A DNA stretch of 64,000 bases, from contig OZ037765.1 of assembly GCA_964035545.1 (NCBI GenBank), forward strand, positions 16,058,995 through 16,122,994, given 5' to 3'. The DNA is from Bugula neritina (Eukaryota; Animalia; Bryozoa). This document shows, piece by piece, positions 10,748-23,600 of the stretch. Each line of letters opens with the position of its first letter. Positions within the stretch are counted from its first letter, which is position 1. The notes below the pieces were generated by a model. That model was not told the origin of the DNA. It saw only the letters and a list, made by a program, of their open reading frames with translations, and did not search any database. Both the position numbers and the translations under genes were made by a program.

Positions 10748-13700
10748 ATGGCCACTGCTGCAAAGAAAGTTAAGAGAGAAAAAAGCGACACAAAACTGGA
10801 AGCGTTAGTAAAAATATTGTAAATTTATTAGTCATCGCTAAAATGCAGCGCCTATACTTGACTAAACATTTTAATATTGTTGAACTTCATGCAACAGTTT
10901 TGTATTGCATATTTTTCCATGTCCCATCATCAATATGTGATTCATGTCTCTGTGTATTCTGATTATTATAAATAGTAAGCTATAATTTTTTCACAAAAAT
11001 TTGGCGATATCAACATATACTACTATTATTGAAATAAAACTATACAATTAATTTACTCCTCTCAGCTGTTTCAGATTTTACAAATGATTGGGTTCTTTGC
11101 TTTGTATTGTACTCTTCACATTGTTTTTTTTTAAATTCCTCAGGGAAGAGAAAGACAGCAGATCGTTATGTGAGCGAGTGAATTGCCCCACTGATCAGCT
11201 AACATGTGTCTTAGAAGCCTGTCATCAGTAAGTTAGCAATATTTTCTTTATTATGAAAAGAGAAATGGTTAACAAGTTATAAGGACATACCACTAGGCTG
11301 CTATTTATTCTAAACTATCATAGCCAACCTATTTTCAGGCTATATAATGCGGACTTTCATAGACATTGTGTTTCAGGTGTATAAATCGTGAAGATGTGGA
11401 CACAACCAACCACCCCTGGACTCACTTATCATTGGGCGAACATGTGTGCAATGTCTGTCTTGAATTCTTCTCTAAAAGGTTTATTTCACATACTTATTTG
11501 TTATAGGTTATAATATGTTGGGCTATGTATTATTACTTGTGTTTCACTTTATGTGAATTTTAGCTGATAGGATGCTTCTGATTTTCTATAGAATAGTCAG
11601 TTGTGCTGACAAATTTTTCAATATATGGAGTTTTATAACTTTGCTGTCTGCATTGAACCACACAATGGTATGCATATTTGCAGCCAGAATATTGGTTATG
11701 ATGATTTCTATAAGTGGAAGAAGGTCTGGTCAGCCAATGGTAGATCTGATGCTCTGATAGGAACGTTTATCAGTGACCAACTCCTGCCATATTGGACGCA
11801 GTGTATTCGATGTAACAAGTGGAAAGAGATGGGCCGGTTTTTTGGACTCACCAAAGATTTAGCGGAACAATTCATCTGTCCAGAGTCATGTGATGAGCCT
11901 GAAGATGAGGTGCGTCAAAGTGACTACAATATCTGATCGAATATATATTCTTTCATACCTATAGTAATTTTTTTAATATATGATTTTTATTTTGGAAACA
12001 AACACAATGGGCTAGCACTACCTTCTAAAATTATGTAGATTCACTTTATATGTTTTTGATCGAAACAGAGTATAAATGCTTGGTTGAGAAATTACTGAGT
12101 CGAGAGTATAGAGATGGAATTTATTTGTGATTGAGATTGTTTATATTTCTACCACAATACACCTACAGCGAGTGGAAGCTGCCAAGCAATCTCATTGGAT
12201 AAATACGCTACTGTATCCACCATATCTCACCCAGTCCCCTGCAGGGGTGTTCTTGCTCACCTACTATCCTGACGCAGTTGGTATGTCAGCCACAGAATGT
12301 CTCCCTACAGAGAGCTGTAAGTTTTTTAATTTCTCTGACTACTAGATATAAATCTAGGTGTATATAGTAGTATATACGTATACTCACGCACACACACGCA
12401 CACATTATTGCAACAAATTTAGTTTGTCCTTTGCTTAATTCTGATTTGCTCATTTGTTAGGCAGTGATAGTTTTACGAGACCTTTTCATGAAACTCCAAA
12501 CAGCAGTTACGCTCTTAGTCTACGTCCGGATATCATGGATTATGATGAAACACTTGCATTTGGAGAATTTGCTTGGTGAGTTTAAGAATAATTAATTAGC
12601 ATTAACCAGGTAGCTTATATTTATTAGTGTTTATGTGTACTACTGTCATCAAAGTTGAGCTTCATGTCACATTGCAAGCAGTGTTAATGATGTATTAATT
12701 GTAGTGCGTATATAGCCCCCACTTTACCCTAATATGTAGTTATACATCTTTTAGTCAACTTGTACAGCATGTTTCATGTATGCTTTTAGTGCTCAGCAAA
12801 TGTACCTGTGTTTAAGAAATCTTGTTGTTGCTTACTGGTCTCAGAATAAGTCGGTAAGTGATTCTGTATAGTTTCATTTCTCCATTCTCACGACATTTTC
12901 TGCCAGTTTTTGTCAATTATTTATTGAAATGTTTTGTATTCTTAATATATGCGGGCTTGGAGCAAATATACTGCATGTTTGAGTTGCAGCTTTTTTTATG
13001 ATGTAAGATTTTGAGTAGTTTTATTAATCTTAATCTATGAAACTGTATAGTCACACCAGATCTCTGTTTTCAACTGATTTTGTGTATTGCATTACTCATC
13101 TAGTAAATTTATAGCACAGTGTAAATGTATTGTATGCAGAAATACCATTGAGCTTATTACCTAACAAATTCACACTCTTTGGCTAGGAGTGGCTCACCCT
13201 GGAGAGGTGTAAGCACAGTGTAATCTGCAGAGGATTGGTCAGAGTGAGATGTCTCATTGAGTTAGAGAGAATCATCAAGTTTCTTACAATGAGAGGTGTG
13301 ATCAATGCCGGCATTCTACCCCACCCCCCTCCATCTGTCTTCTCACAAAAAGTAAGGAGTCACAGTGTAAAAGTTTGAGATTAGAGTTGTGATGCCAATA
13401 ACCATGGCAAGTCTCTCTGATGTGTTAACTACTTGCATGTGTTCCATTCTTGTCTGAACTAATACTTTGTAGAGGAAAAGAAATACGTTCAGCTGTAGAG
13501 TTGTGAAGACTGTAAAACTATGAAATAAGTTTTAATTTATCTTGTAAACAATCTTGTTTGTTATAAAATGAAGAAAGCATATCACACATTTCAGGTGTCA
13601 TGTGGTACAGTAGTAGTCATAGGAGCTGGAACAGCTGGACTCGCAGCAGCTCTGCATCTCTATAAACATGGTGTTAAGGTGAGCTACCACTGTTTTACTG

Positions 13701-16700
13701 TTTCAATTTAATATGTCATTAGTAATGGTGGTTTATTGCTAATGAATAATAATTATGCTGATGTTAATATTTTATACATAAAACATTGATCAAATAAAAG
13801 ATTTGTAAAATTGATTTGTAAAAGCTTTTAGGTTATGTAATTCAGTATAATAAAATATTCAGCAGTGAGATGATTGTAGTTGCAAATGTTACTTGATTTG
13901 GATAAATTAACTTAGCTTGCTTTTTCCTGAAATGATTACCTATTGTTTACAGGTGGTGGTGTTGGAAGCTAAAGAGAAGCTTGGAGGTAGAGTTCATATG
14001 TCGAGACTGTCTAGTGGCTCCTTGTTGGCACTGGGCCCTGATATTATAAGTGGCTCCATCAATAATCCAATCGCTCTCATGGCTAGACAGGTAAGTAAAA
14101 ACCAGCTGGAAATATAGTGCATACAAATTCAACTCTCATTATGAATTGTGCAATGTTTTTGCTGATTAGGAAGTTTTGTCACCTATTAATTTGAGTGACA
14201 TTCAAAACTAAACCTAGTGTGTTGCTATTCGTGGTGTATTATTTTCAGTTTCAATTTTAGTTCATGTTATAAAGTGGATAGTCTAAACAGGTACAAGTGT
14301 GAAATGGTGCAACACAATAAAAAATTTTTACATGTGAGTGAAAATTGAAATCAAAAAGGTTTTAAACACATGGAGTTGTTGACAAAATGCTGAAATTTTT
14401 ACCCCACCTTTCGTTGGCAGTTCAATAAATTTGTTTCCCTAATCATAATAATTTTAAATTTAGTCATGTTGCTTAACTTAAGTTTCTGAGTTGCACCATT
14501 AAATTCTTGGTCTGGGACTGGACACATACATCTCTTAAATTAATTGTTTGATAGTTGAAGTAGGCAAAGGGGGGGGGGGGCAACGCAGCTGTTGAATATG
14601 ACTCTATAGTCAATCTGCAACTGAAACTGGCATTTAAGTGTATTGTAACTTCGTGATTTTCCAATTCAAAGTGTTGATTCTGCCAACTTCACAATTTCAC
14701 TGAGTTTTCTTGCACTCATTAAAATTTCTTTTATGGTGACTTTCTATTGCACATTTTCTTTGTATAGTGAACATTTTACCCTTTGGTTTTTAAATTTTGT
14801 TACATAGAATGATATTATTATAAAATATAATATATATTAAGTAAACTTTAATGATTCAAGAAAGAGATTTAAAGTTATGTAATCTTCCTAGTTGCTGCTC
14901 TCTTTATCATTCCTATGGCTTTGGCCATAAACTGTCTTTTCACAGCGTGTCAAGTACGATTAATTGAGAAAGTAAATTTCTATTAATGAGTGAAATCTCA
15001 CATCAATGTAGTTTCTACAGGTTTTAGTGAAGATAAAAAGGTGCTCAGCTAAATTGAGTTGAGTAAAACTCAGCATAATTTTGTAAAACTTGGCTCCCTG
15101 AAATATACAAAGTGGGACTGTATTTTTTGTAATATGAACTCCAACTTTTTATATTTGCAATAAAAAGTATGTAATGCTAAAATACTAGTTTTTTGCAACG
15201 CCCGTGTTTACTTCTTATTTACACGGATTTTATGCATTAATTTCAGAACTGGAGATGTGTTATATGCTGACATCATGCTTCTATTAATATGCTATACTCT
15301 TTTATAGTAAGTAGTTGGGGTGCATATGTTGCAGGCAAAACTTGTGGTTCAAGAGTTTCCGGTCTCTCACATGACTGTCTTGGGTAAACAGAATAAAGCT
15401 GTGAGTGCAGACAGTTTGAGGAAGGCTGAAAACCGTTATTTAGAGATCTTAGATCTCATGTATGACTGGGCACAGAACGGAAATAAGGAAACAGATGGTC
15501 ACATTAGTATTCGGCGTATGTACCTTAATTTCTAGTTTTTAGTGACAACTTGTTTTTCAAAACTTTCATATGCTCATCATTTGTGTGTTGGCATTACAGT
15601 AGCGGTGGTCTAGGGGTTAGAGCATTTGGCTTAGTAATCACAAGTAAAGGCCATTGGTGATGTTAGGGAGAGTATCCAGTTATAAACCACATATGAATAG
15701 ATATTTAGCCTGCTTTAAAAACTCATTTCTACCAGGGTTTCTCACAGGGATAGTGACTATAAACTTGCATGGGTTTTTATTATAGCAACAAGTCCTACTT
15801 TGGTGATCATAACTTGAGTTGTGGAGTTATCTTCTTTGCTAACTGCATAATTTTTTTTAGGATGTAGCTGCCTGTCGGAAGAGTTTGCCACTGCTCATGC
15901 TGTGTAAACTAATAATTCCATTTATCATACATACTCGTATAATGCAATAGAATAGTATAACCTGGCAAATTTTGCTCATTGGCCTTAAGAAATGATCATC
16001 ATTTTATAGCACTTTTCTACAAATATAATTTGCGGTTATTTTATTATCAACGCTGCTGGTATCTTATAGAAAAAGTGAAGGAGATAAGTAGCAAGTTGAG
16101 TTGTGAAGATGAAGCTGATGATAAGCTGACAGAAGTGAGTATAGCATTGTGTGATGGTGCAATCTGATTCTCTATTTGCTTGTAAGTTCCTTTCATCAAG
16201 CAGTTGAAATCCTCTGCATGTAGCGTGTGAAAGAATAATACTGTTATATTGGTTTGTGTTCAAGTGTTCAAGGTTTGTTTAATCATAGGAAGAAGAGCAG
16301 ATTCTGGAGCTACATCTACAAATGCTTTCAACCAATGTTGGTGCTGACTTAGATGAAGTGTCTGCCAAGTTCTGGAATGCACATGAAAATTACCCCCAGT
16401 TTGGTGGTCCTTCTTTTGTGGTTAAACAAGGCATTGGTGCAGTTTTGACGAAAATGGCTGCAGGTTTAAATATTGAATACAACAAAGAGGTCAGTGCTTA
16501 TCAAAATTTTTATTGCAAGTGCTAATAGTAGATTCAATTTAAAAAAGCTTCTGACTCATCAACATTTTAAAAAATGCTTATAGTTTTATTCATAAAAAAA
16601 TTAAGCTCAGGTAGATGTTTTAAAAGAATAGAAATTTATGCTCATACTTATTCTGGAGTGTTCTCCACAATGTCAATTTAATTTGTTTTCATGAATTTTT

Positions 16701-19464
16701 GTGTAACATTTTATGTGCAATTTTAAATTTTGAATGTCATTTAAGGAAACATGGAATCTATAATAGCAAATTTTAATATTTGTAAAAACTTTGAAAATTG
16801 CTCATTTGCCTAATCCAAGTATTTGCATTATAAAAAAGGCAATGCTGTTTAATTTAGTCTTCAGAAGACATTTCTAAGGTCAATGTTATGTTGATTGAAT
16901 GAGTAAAGTTGCGTTTATACCATCACGATTTTCAGTCAGAAATTCAATTTGGACAAGTTGAAGTTTCGCCAAGTTGCATTACATTGTGAAAGTCACTCGT
17001 AAAAATTATTGTACTGTGATAAATTAATCGGTCGAGCTCAGAATAATACTCAACAGGAGTAATAACTCCTTGTAAATATCCTTATTTAATTATGACTTTG
17101 GCAATTAGATGACTTACTTATATGTTAATAATTATATCGCCTACACCTTCTCAATTATCGATTTTATGCTGTCAACTTCACTATTCACGACGTTTTCAAA
17201 GGGCATTAAATAGCGATTAGGCGAGTCCGATATCACTTTTAGAAAGTAAGCTTCTGCATCAATAGGATTTCAATGATTTTCAGTTAGACTATAAAGGGGT
17301 ACTCGGACAAACATTATTAACTGAAACGCGGTACTTTTTTTAGCAGAAGTATAAACCCAACTTAAACTTTCCAATGTAGCAGTTTATATTTCCTACATGT
17401 CTAAAGCATTGGTTTGTGCACTGTAGGTTGATATGGTAGATTATACGGATGGTGTAAAGGTTCATTGCACTGATGGGACTATGTATTCCTGTGATAAGGT
17501 AGGAGTATATAATATAGGTTGTATGCATGTGTTGACTTTTGTGTTCTTCCTCAATCATTTCACCCCTGTTCTTCTCTAGTCATAATCATTTCATTCTTTA
17601 GGTTGTCTGCACAGTTTCTATTGCTGTGTTGAAGAAAGGTTTCATCAATTTTTTACCAGATCTAGACCAAACTAAGAAGCAAGCCATTTCTACTCTACGA
17701 TTCGGAAAAGTGGAGAAAGTATGTTTCAGACTTCCCTCATCATGTTTATATTCTATGTTTTTGCTATATTCATTTATCACTTTATACATATTGAAAACTG
17801 CGCAGCTTTCTTTGTCAACTTGTATCCTCACTGATCTTCTAGTACTCCTGTCATAGTACTTACAGAATACTAATATTGCTATACTTTTGGGTAATTTTTA
17901 GGTGGTTTTGCATTTCAAAAAAAAGTTCTGGTCACCAAAAATGCATGGAGTGCGACTTTTTACTTCTTTTTCGGTGCTGAGTAACCCAGAGTCTCTCAGT
18001 CATATAATTTATGATGTAAGTATGCTCAGGATGTCTATCAGACAGTGCCAACTAGTTTCATCATTATTTACTAAACTTTTTAAATTCGCCAGCATTAAAA
18101 TATTTTTTCACAAAATGGTATCCGAACCACACATTATTTTAAACATCTGTATTGTGGAGGTTGCATGCTGCTGCATCTGTCTTAAAGGGTTCTATAGGGA
18201 ATGTTTTTACCACAGATGTCGAGTAATACAGGCCATGTTTTGGCTATCTATATTTATGGCAAAAAGCTTGATATGTATAATAGTCTGAGCGAGGAAGAGA
18301 GAGAGGCAAAATTGGGCAGTGAATGTTTCAAGGTGATAAAGACCATATTTCCTGTAAGTTTATAGTATCAGCTGCGACATTTTAACAGCATATTTAGTTT
18401 AATTCAATATATTTTCAGTCTTTTCCTGCACACAACCTCCCTCTAAATTCAACATGCAATTGATTGCAACACTCTAACTTAAATCTAACATATTAAACAG
18501 TAGATAACGTAGTGCCGCATTTTTTTTAGCCTGAGTTGTTTTTTTTAAAAAGTAGTAGCTGGGTGACAGTGTCTTGATATAATTAATTTAGCTTTCTGAA
18601 TGTGTTATGTTAAACATTTTGTTGTATTTGTTACAGATGAGATTGATTCTTTACTTTTCAATTTTAGGGTTTGTTGCACTTTTTAATCTTTCCCCCATCT
18701 TGCTCCAGCTTTAATTTTTTTCCCATTTTTCAAATTAGGCTTTTTATTCTGACTTATATATATATGCTAACAGAATGCTCCCGGACCAATGACAATGTCT
18801 GTGAGTAAGTGGACGCTAGACAAACACATTGGTCTATCTAAACCCTTTTTGCCTGTCAACACAGAAGATGTTCCCTTTGATGCTATGAGACAGCCTGTTC
18901 ATAACAAGCTATATTTTGCTGGAGAGGTTCGTTTTCGACTTGATTGTTCCATGAACCTTTGCTATGCTACATTAGAAAATTAAAATGTGTTTGTGTTATG
19001 CATCCGCTATAAGTTTTATTATGAATAAAATAATTATGAAGGTGTTGTAGTTGAGTGAAACAGTGTACTACTTACTTTTTGGTATAAAAAACAAACTAGA
19101 AATACTGCTGCAGGTTTGCTGATTGCATTCCTTACAGTGTATGGTTATTATTTTGCAATAAAGTCTTAGGCACTCAATTTTAATGTCAGTATATTAATGC
19201 AAGCAGCGCAATACCAAGTCTGCTTAAAATACCATTATCTGTTTATGTAAAATAGACATATGCTTTATCTATAATTTTTAACGAATTGTCTCAACCCAGC
19301 TATTTAATGGCTGCAAGTATGATGCATGCTTTACAGTTAATTTAAAATTGTAGGCCTGCATTCTAAGTCACCCTGGCACTGTGGCAGGAGCTTATCTCAG
19401 TGGTATTCAGCAAGCCATTGAAATTTTGGGCAGTTCAACTCTACCTTTCAATCCTACTTCTTGA
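10748..19464 (+). CDS. KDM1B: Lysine-specific histone demethylase 1B (LSD2)-like FAD amine oxidase, ~19 exons
   Basis: GT-AG exons encode a C4H2C2 finger (CERVNC...WTHLSLGEHVCNVC, ~11144-11478), zf-CW (PYWTQCIRCNKWK, ~11684-11909) and SWIRM (MYLCLRNL, CRGLVRV, FLTMRGVINAG, ~12790-13351). They also give GAGTAG (~13620), LEAKEKLGGRV, NNPIALM, GKVEK|VVLHFKKKFW, LYFAGE and TVAGAYLSG, with stop TGA at 19462-19464. No Tower domain is present. The first exon and start codon are tentative. Confidence 0.92.
15597..15783 (+). mobile_element. tRNA-derived SINE copy (intron of KDM1B)
   Basis: A-box-like GGTGGTCTAGGGGTTAGAGC and anticodon-like CTTAGTAA. The body (AAAGGCCATTG.T.ATGTTAGG...TTTCTCACAGG.AT.GTGACTAT.AACTTGC) is shared with 62248-62460. 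Confidence 0.65.
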
Positions 19465-20658
19465 TATCCCCATAGTAAATCAGAAGCATGTTGCTCTATA
19501 TTTCAATATTAATTATTCTTATGCTAAGTTTGAGTTTGTAAAATATCTAGACATATTTGATCTATCAAATTTGTTTCTTAGCATAGCTTATTTCATTTAT
19601 CATTATTTATATTGAGAGTTAGAGGTAATTTTTCGAGAATTCATGTAAGTGGTGTGGTTTTTCTCTTAACATTTTAGTCTACTGTATTATGTTACTTCTT
19701 ATTATACTATGTTTTATTAATCCATAGGTCTTATCCATTGATATATGTATATACATTGCTTCAACATATTCCTGCGTTTTTGCAGTTGATATGTTTTATT
19801 CTAACAGCAAACATTTTGATTTTTGTCGCCTTTTGCCATATCTCTATTTATTTTTGTAAAATATTTCATATATGAATATTGTCTACACATACTAATACAG
19901 TCATTATTTTACTTTGTACAGCTGAAAAGATTATATTTATTGTTTTCTAATATCACTGTGTATACCTAATCATAGCATCATAAATACTTATCTTGACTGT
20001 CATAGTAAGATATAAATAAAAGTTTTCCCATATTATGTGGCATTTTCACTGCATTAACATTAACCATAAATATAACTGGGACCCTTTATAACTCACACAG
20101 GCATATATTCTGATGCTGAAACTCAAACAGTTACAGCAGATGAGAAATTACTGCAAGATTAGTTTTTACAATGATAGTCTGATAATAAAATCCGTCCATC
20201 TACAATAATAACTCCTAAGTTACTTACATACAATTTGAAATTTTATAACTGCTACGATATGAAAGGATTCTTTTCATTAAATATGTGATTGTTGTGTGTG
20301 CAATATAGGAAATTAAATAATATTCATTCCATTTCAAGCCACTGTACAACTGTAACCTCCAGCCATGAATGTATACCAATTCCATGCTTTATCACATTTT
20401 TTCTGTAGAATGCCATTGGTTGATAAGCTTTTTTCATTGCCTTGATATCTATAAAAAATAAGCATAAACCAATAAGCAACACGGTAGGCCTAATAAGCAT
20501 GCACTATAAGATTTATAGTCGAATAAATAAGTGACAGATTATTAGGATATGGTAGCCATTTCTGCAGAGCTCAGACAACACTAGAATGGAGGGAATAATC
20601 ACTAGATTAAACAGATTTAACATTGATGTAAAGATAAATTCAATACCAAATTTATGTT

Positions 20659-23600
20659 TTAAAGTTGTGATCTCTTTCTAAACTTCTCTTTATTTCTTTG
20701 TTTATCAAGAAAACTCAGATATTGAAACTGGGAGTTGTCTGGCGCATCAGTCTAAACAGAAATAATCACAGATATAAAGTGATGTACTCTAAGAATAAAA
20801 ACAACATATATCTATCTTGTAGGCTTATATAAAGCAATAACAGCAAGCTTAAACACACCAGTTTTTGAAAAAGAAAAATGATATAAAATATTACATTGAC
20901 ATCTGTGGCTGTTATTGCGTGACTGAACAAAACGCTAGAATAGTTGTTGCATAAATAAATCAATAAAGCATGACTGCTTGTTTGGTCTTAAATTTGGAAA
21001 ACAATAAGTAGCTGAGATAAAGTAAAGCATGAGCAAAAACACCACACCAACCAAGCACAAAGAGCAAACAATTTTTCTAAATGTGCAATAATGTGGCGCA
21101 TTTTTGTTAAACATGTTAAACAAAATATATGTATGCACCTTGTTAGAGCCATTATCATCTTCAAGCCCATGTACCATGCTTGGGGCATTACTTAGCTCTT
21201 CATCCTTGCTTAGCCACTGCTCTTTGATACGCTTAACCCTGTTTTCATTTCGTGACTTTCTTAAGCTGCTTTTTCTACTTCTTGGAAGTGGAGTTGATGA
21301 AGTTGATGAGCCAAGTGAGCTGCTTGGTATTTCAAACTTTTTAAAACTAAAATCAAAAGTGAATACCATTATGTTTCTGTAATGTGACTAAATACCAACC
21401 TGTAGGTGTGTCAGATATTGTATAGTTTCTCTTGAAAACATAAATACTTATGAAAAATGAGAAATATGAGAAATGTGTTGAGAAAACATGAGATGCCACT
21501 TTTCTCTTTGTATACTAACAAATATTATATGAGGCTACGATTATACATAAAGCATTCAAGTACAATACACAAACTATTTTATTTCATTTGAAATAGCATT
21601 TCACCTGTTCTGCCTGGTTTGCTGTTTAGAAACAGATGTTTGCCGGCGTGAATTTCTCCGGGAATATCTTTCCGAGTTGTCGCTGTCATCGCTAGTTCCT
21701 TCTTTACTGTAAACATAATTCTCACGACTCTCAGAACTGGAATAATCTTGGCTATCCTCCAATGAGTGTCGCTCTCCTTTTTCAGACATCCTTCTTGAAC
21801 TTGTGCGAAAACTCACTCTTTGCTCCGCAAGTTCACGTTCAACTGAAGGCTTTGTAGACACAGGTCTCGAATTTCGCTTTACATATTTTGTTGTACTTCT
21901 TCGATGACTTTTAAGCTTTGAATTGAATTTTTGTCTCAAACTGTTATCTGAGGAATCGTTAACATCTCCCATAGAATATCTAGAGCTCTGTTTGGACACA
22001 TGACGTGAGCTTCTCCCAGAATTTCTCCTTGAGTTTCTAGATTGAGCAAGAGATCTTACTCTACTTCTTCTGTGATCAGATGATCGCCTTGAGCTGGTAC
22101 CTGCCCTCTTAGATTGACGCCTGGTTCTGTCACTCTCACTATCATTTGAGACGCTGCCATCAGCTTCACGGTCTTTCCCAATTTTCAACTTATTTTTGGA
22201 TGAAGCACTACTATTTCTTTTGTAAGACTTGGCCAACATATCAGGAGGCAGCAGCTTTTGCATGAAAAATAAAGATAACATAAAACACAAAACAATACAA
22301 TGAAACAGAATGTGTATGGTACTATCACAAAATATTTACAGTGAGTTATAAATTAATATATCGAGAGTAATATACATGTAAATACAAACAGTATGTACAT
22401 GTATATATTGCAGCTATAAAATTGGCTTAATAAGTGTAATATGGTGAATAGCACTACAGGAACTTACAAGAAATATAGATTTTGTGATAAGCTGGTACTC
22501 ACTGTGGGATCTTTCGAAAGACGTCTTTGTATCCATGTTTGTTTTTCTTTGCTATTGGTCCAGAATTTCATTATAAAGCAAGCTGCACCAATTAGAAAAC
22601 AAACCATAGCAACAGCACCAACTATCCAACCTGAAAGTGTATTATAATTACTAAATCATAGCTGCTCTAATTATTATTTTCTCATAATTTGCGCAGTTTT
22701 TCAATCACATGAATGATACAAGTGTTACCATGTGATCACCTGTTACAGAAGTTTTTACTGTTTCTTCAACCACTTCATCCGAATCAGCTGACTCCTGAAT
22801 CCCATCTGTGGTGTTGAGTCCGTGTGCACTAGAAGTATTTTCAGTCGTGTTGGCGATTGTCGTAGCTGTTCTGTACACTTGGATATGAAATACAATAAAA
22901 TTATTACAAGCTCATTAAATTAATTATTACAGACACTTCTAGAACACCCTCAAGTTCTTTTAAATATGAAATAGTTTCTGAAATTTATGCTTTCGGCAAT
23001 AATTTGGATATCAACCTTGTGGCCTGTGGGCACCATGCTTCAGAAAAATAAACATACAAGTGTGCGTGTGCGCGTGCATGTGTGAGTAATTAATATTGCA
23101 AGCTCATTGCAGCTAATATAAAGCTGACACAAAAATCAGTCACTGATTTGTTTAGCACTGATTTGTTTCGATGGTGGACAAAAACAAAAAAGAGCATTAA
23201 GAATTTTATGAAATACTGAAAACAATTATTAATTATCTGTTACTTGAAATATTAAATTGGCATTGTTAACGAAATCTTTTTAGTTTATCATCCTACATTG
23301 TTTGAAGCTATTTGAAATGCTCAAAACCTTTGTCTATAAATTAACTTGAACAATAAATTATTTAAAAATTGTAGCAACATAATTAATTAGCTTGGAAGGA
23401 AATATTAAAGCAATTTTAAATTTTAAACCAATAAACAAAACAAGTACAACTTTATTTTTAAAACTTGTAGGTAAGTTACAAAAGATAATTACAAATATAT
23501 TTACATCAGTTGTTTTCTTTTAATATTTAATCAAAATATTTTATTAAATAATCACCAGAACAGGTTTAAAACAATATCAAATTACAACAAAATACCTATG

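Noticed and set aside
15597-15650. Possible tRNA gene
   Set aside because: No complete cloverleaf or B box; explained as a SINE head.
20323-20450. Possible extra terminal exon (IKAMKKAYQPMAFY...)
   Set aside because: The upstream exon already has an in-frame stop; treated as 3' UTR in the absence of transcript data.
20935-21138. Hydrophobic extension ([18 protein letters not shown]) suggesting a second TM helix
   Set aside because: Most likely read-through into a T-rich intron; a phase-0 donor after DNGSNK joins cleanly to the 20659-20751 exon.
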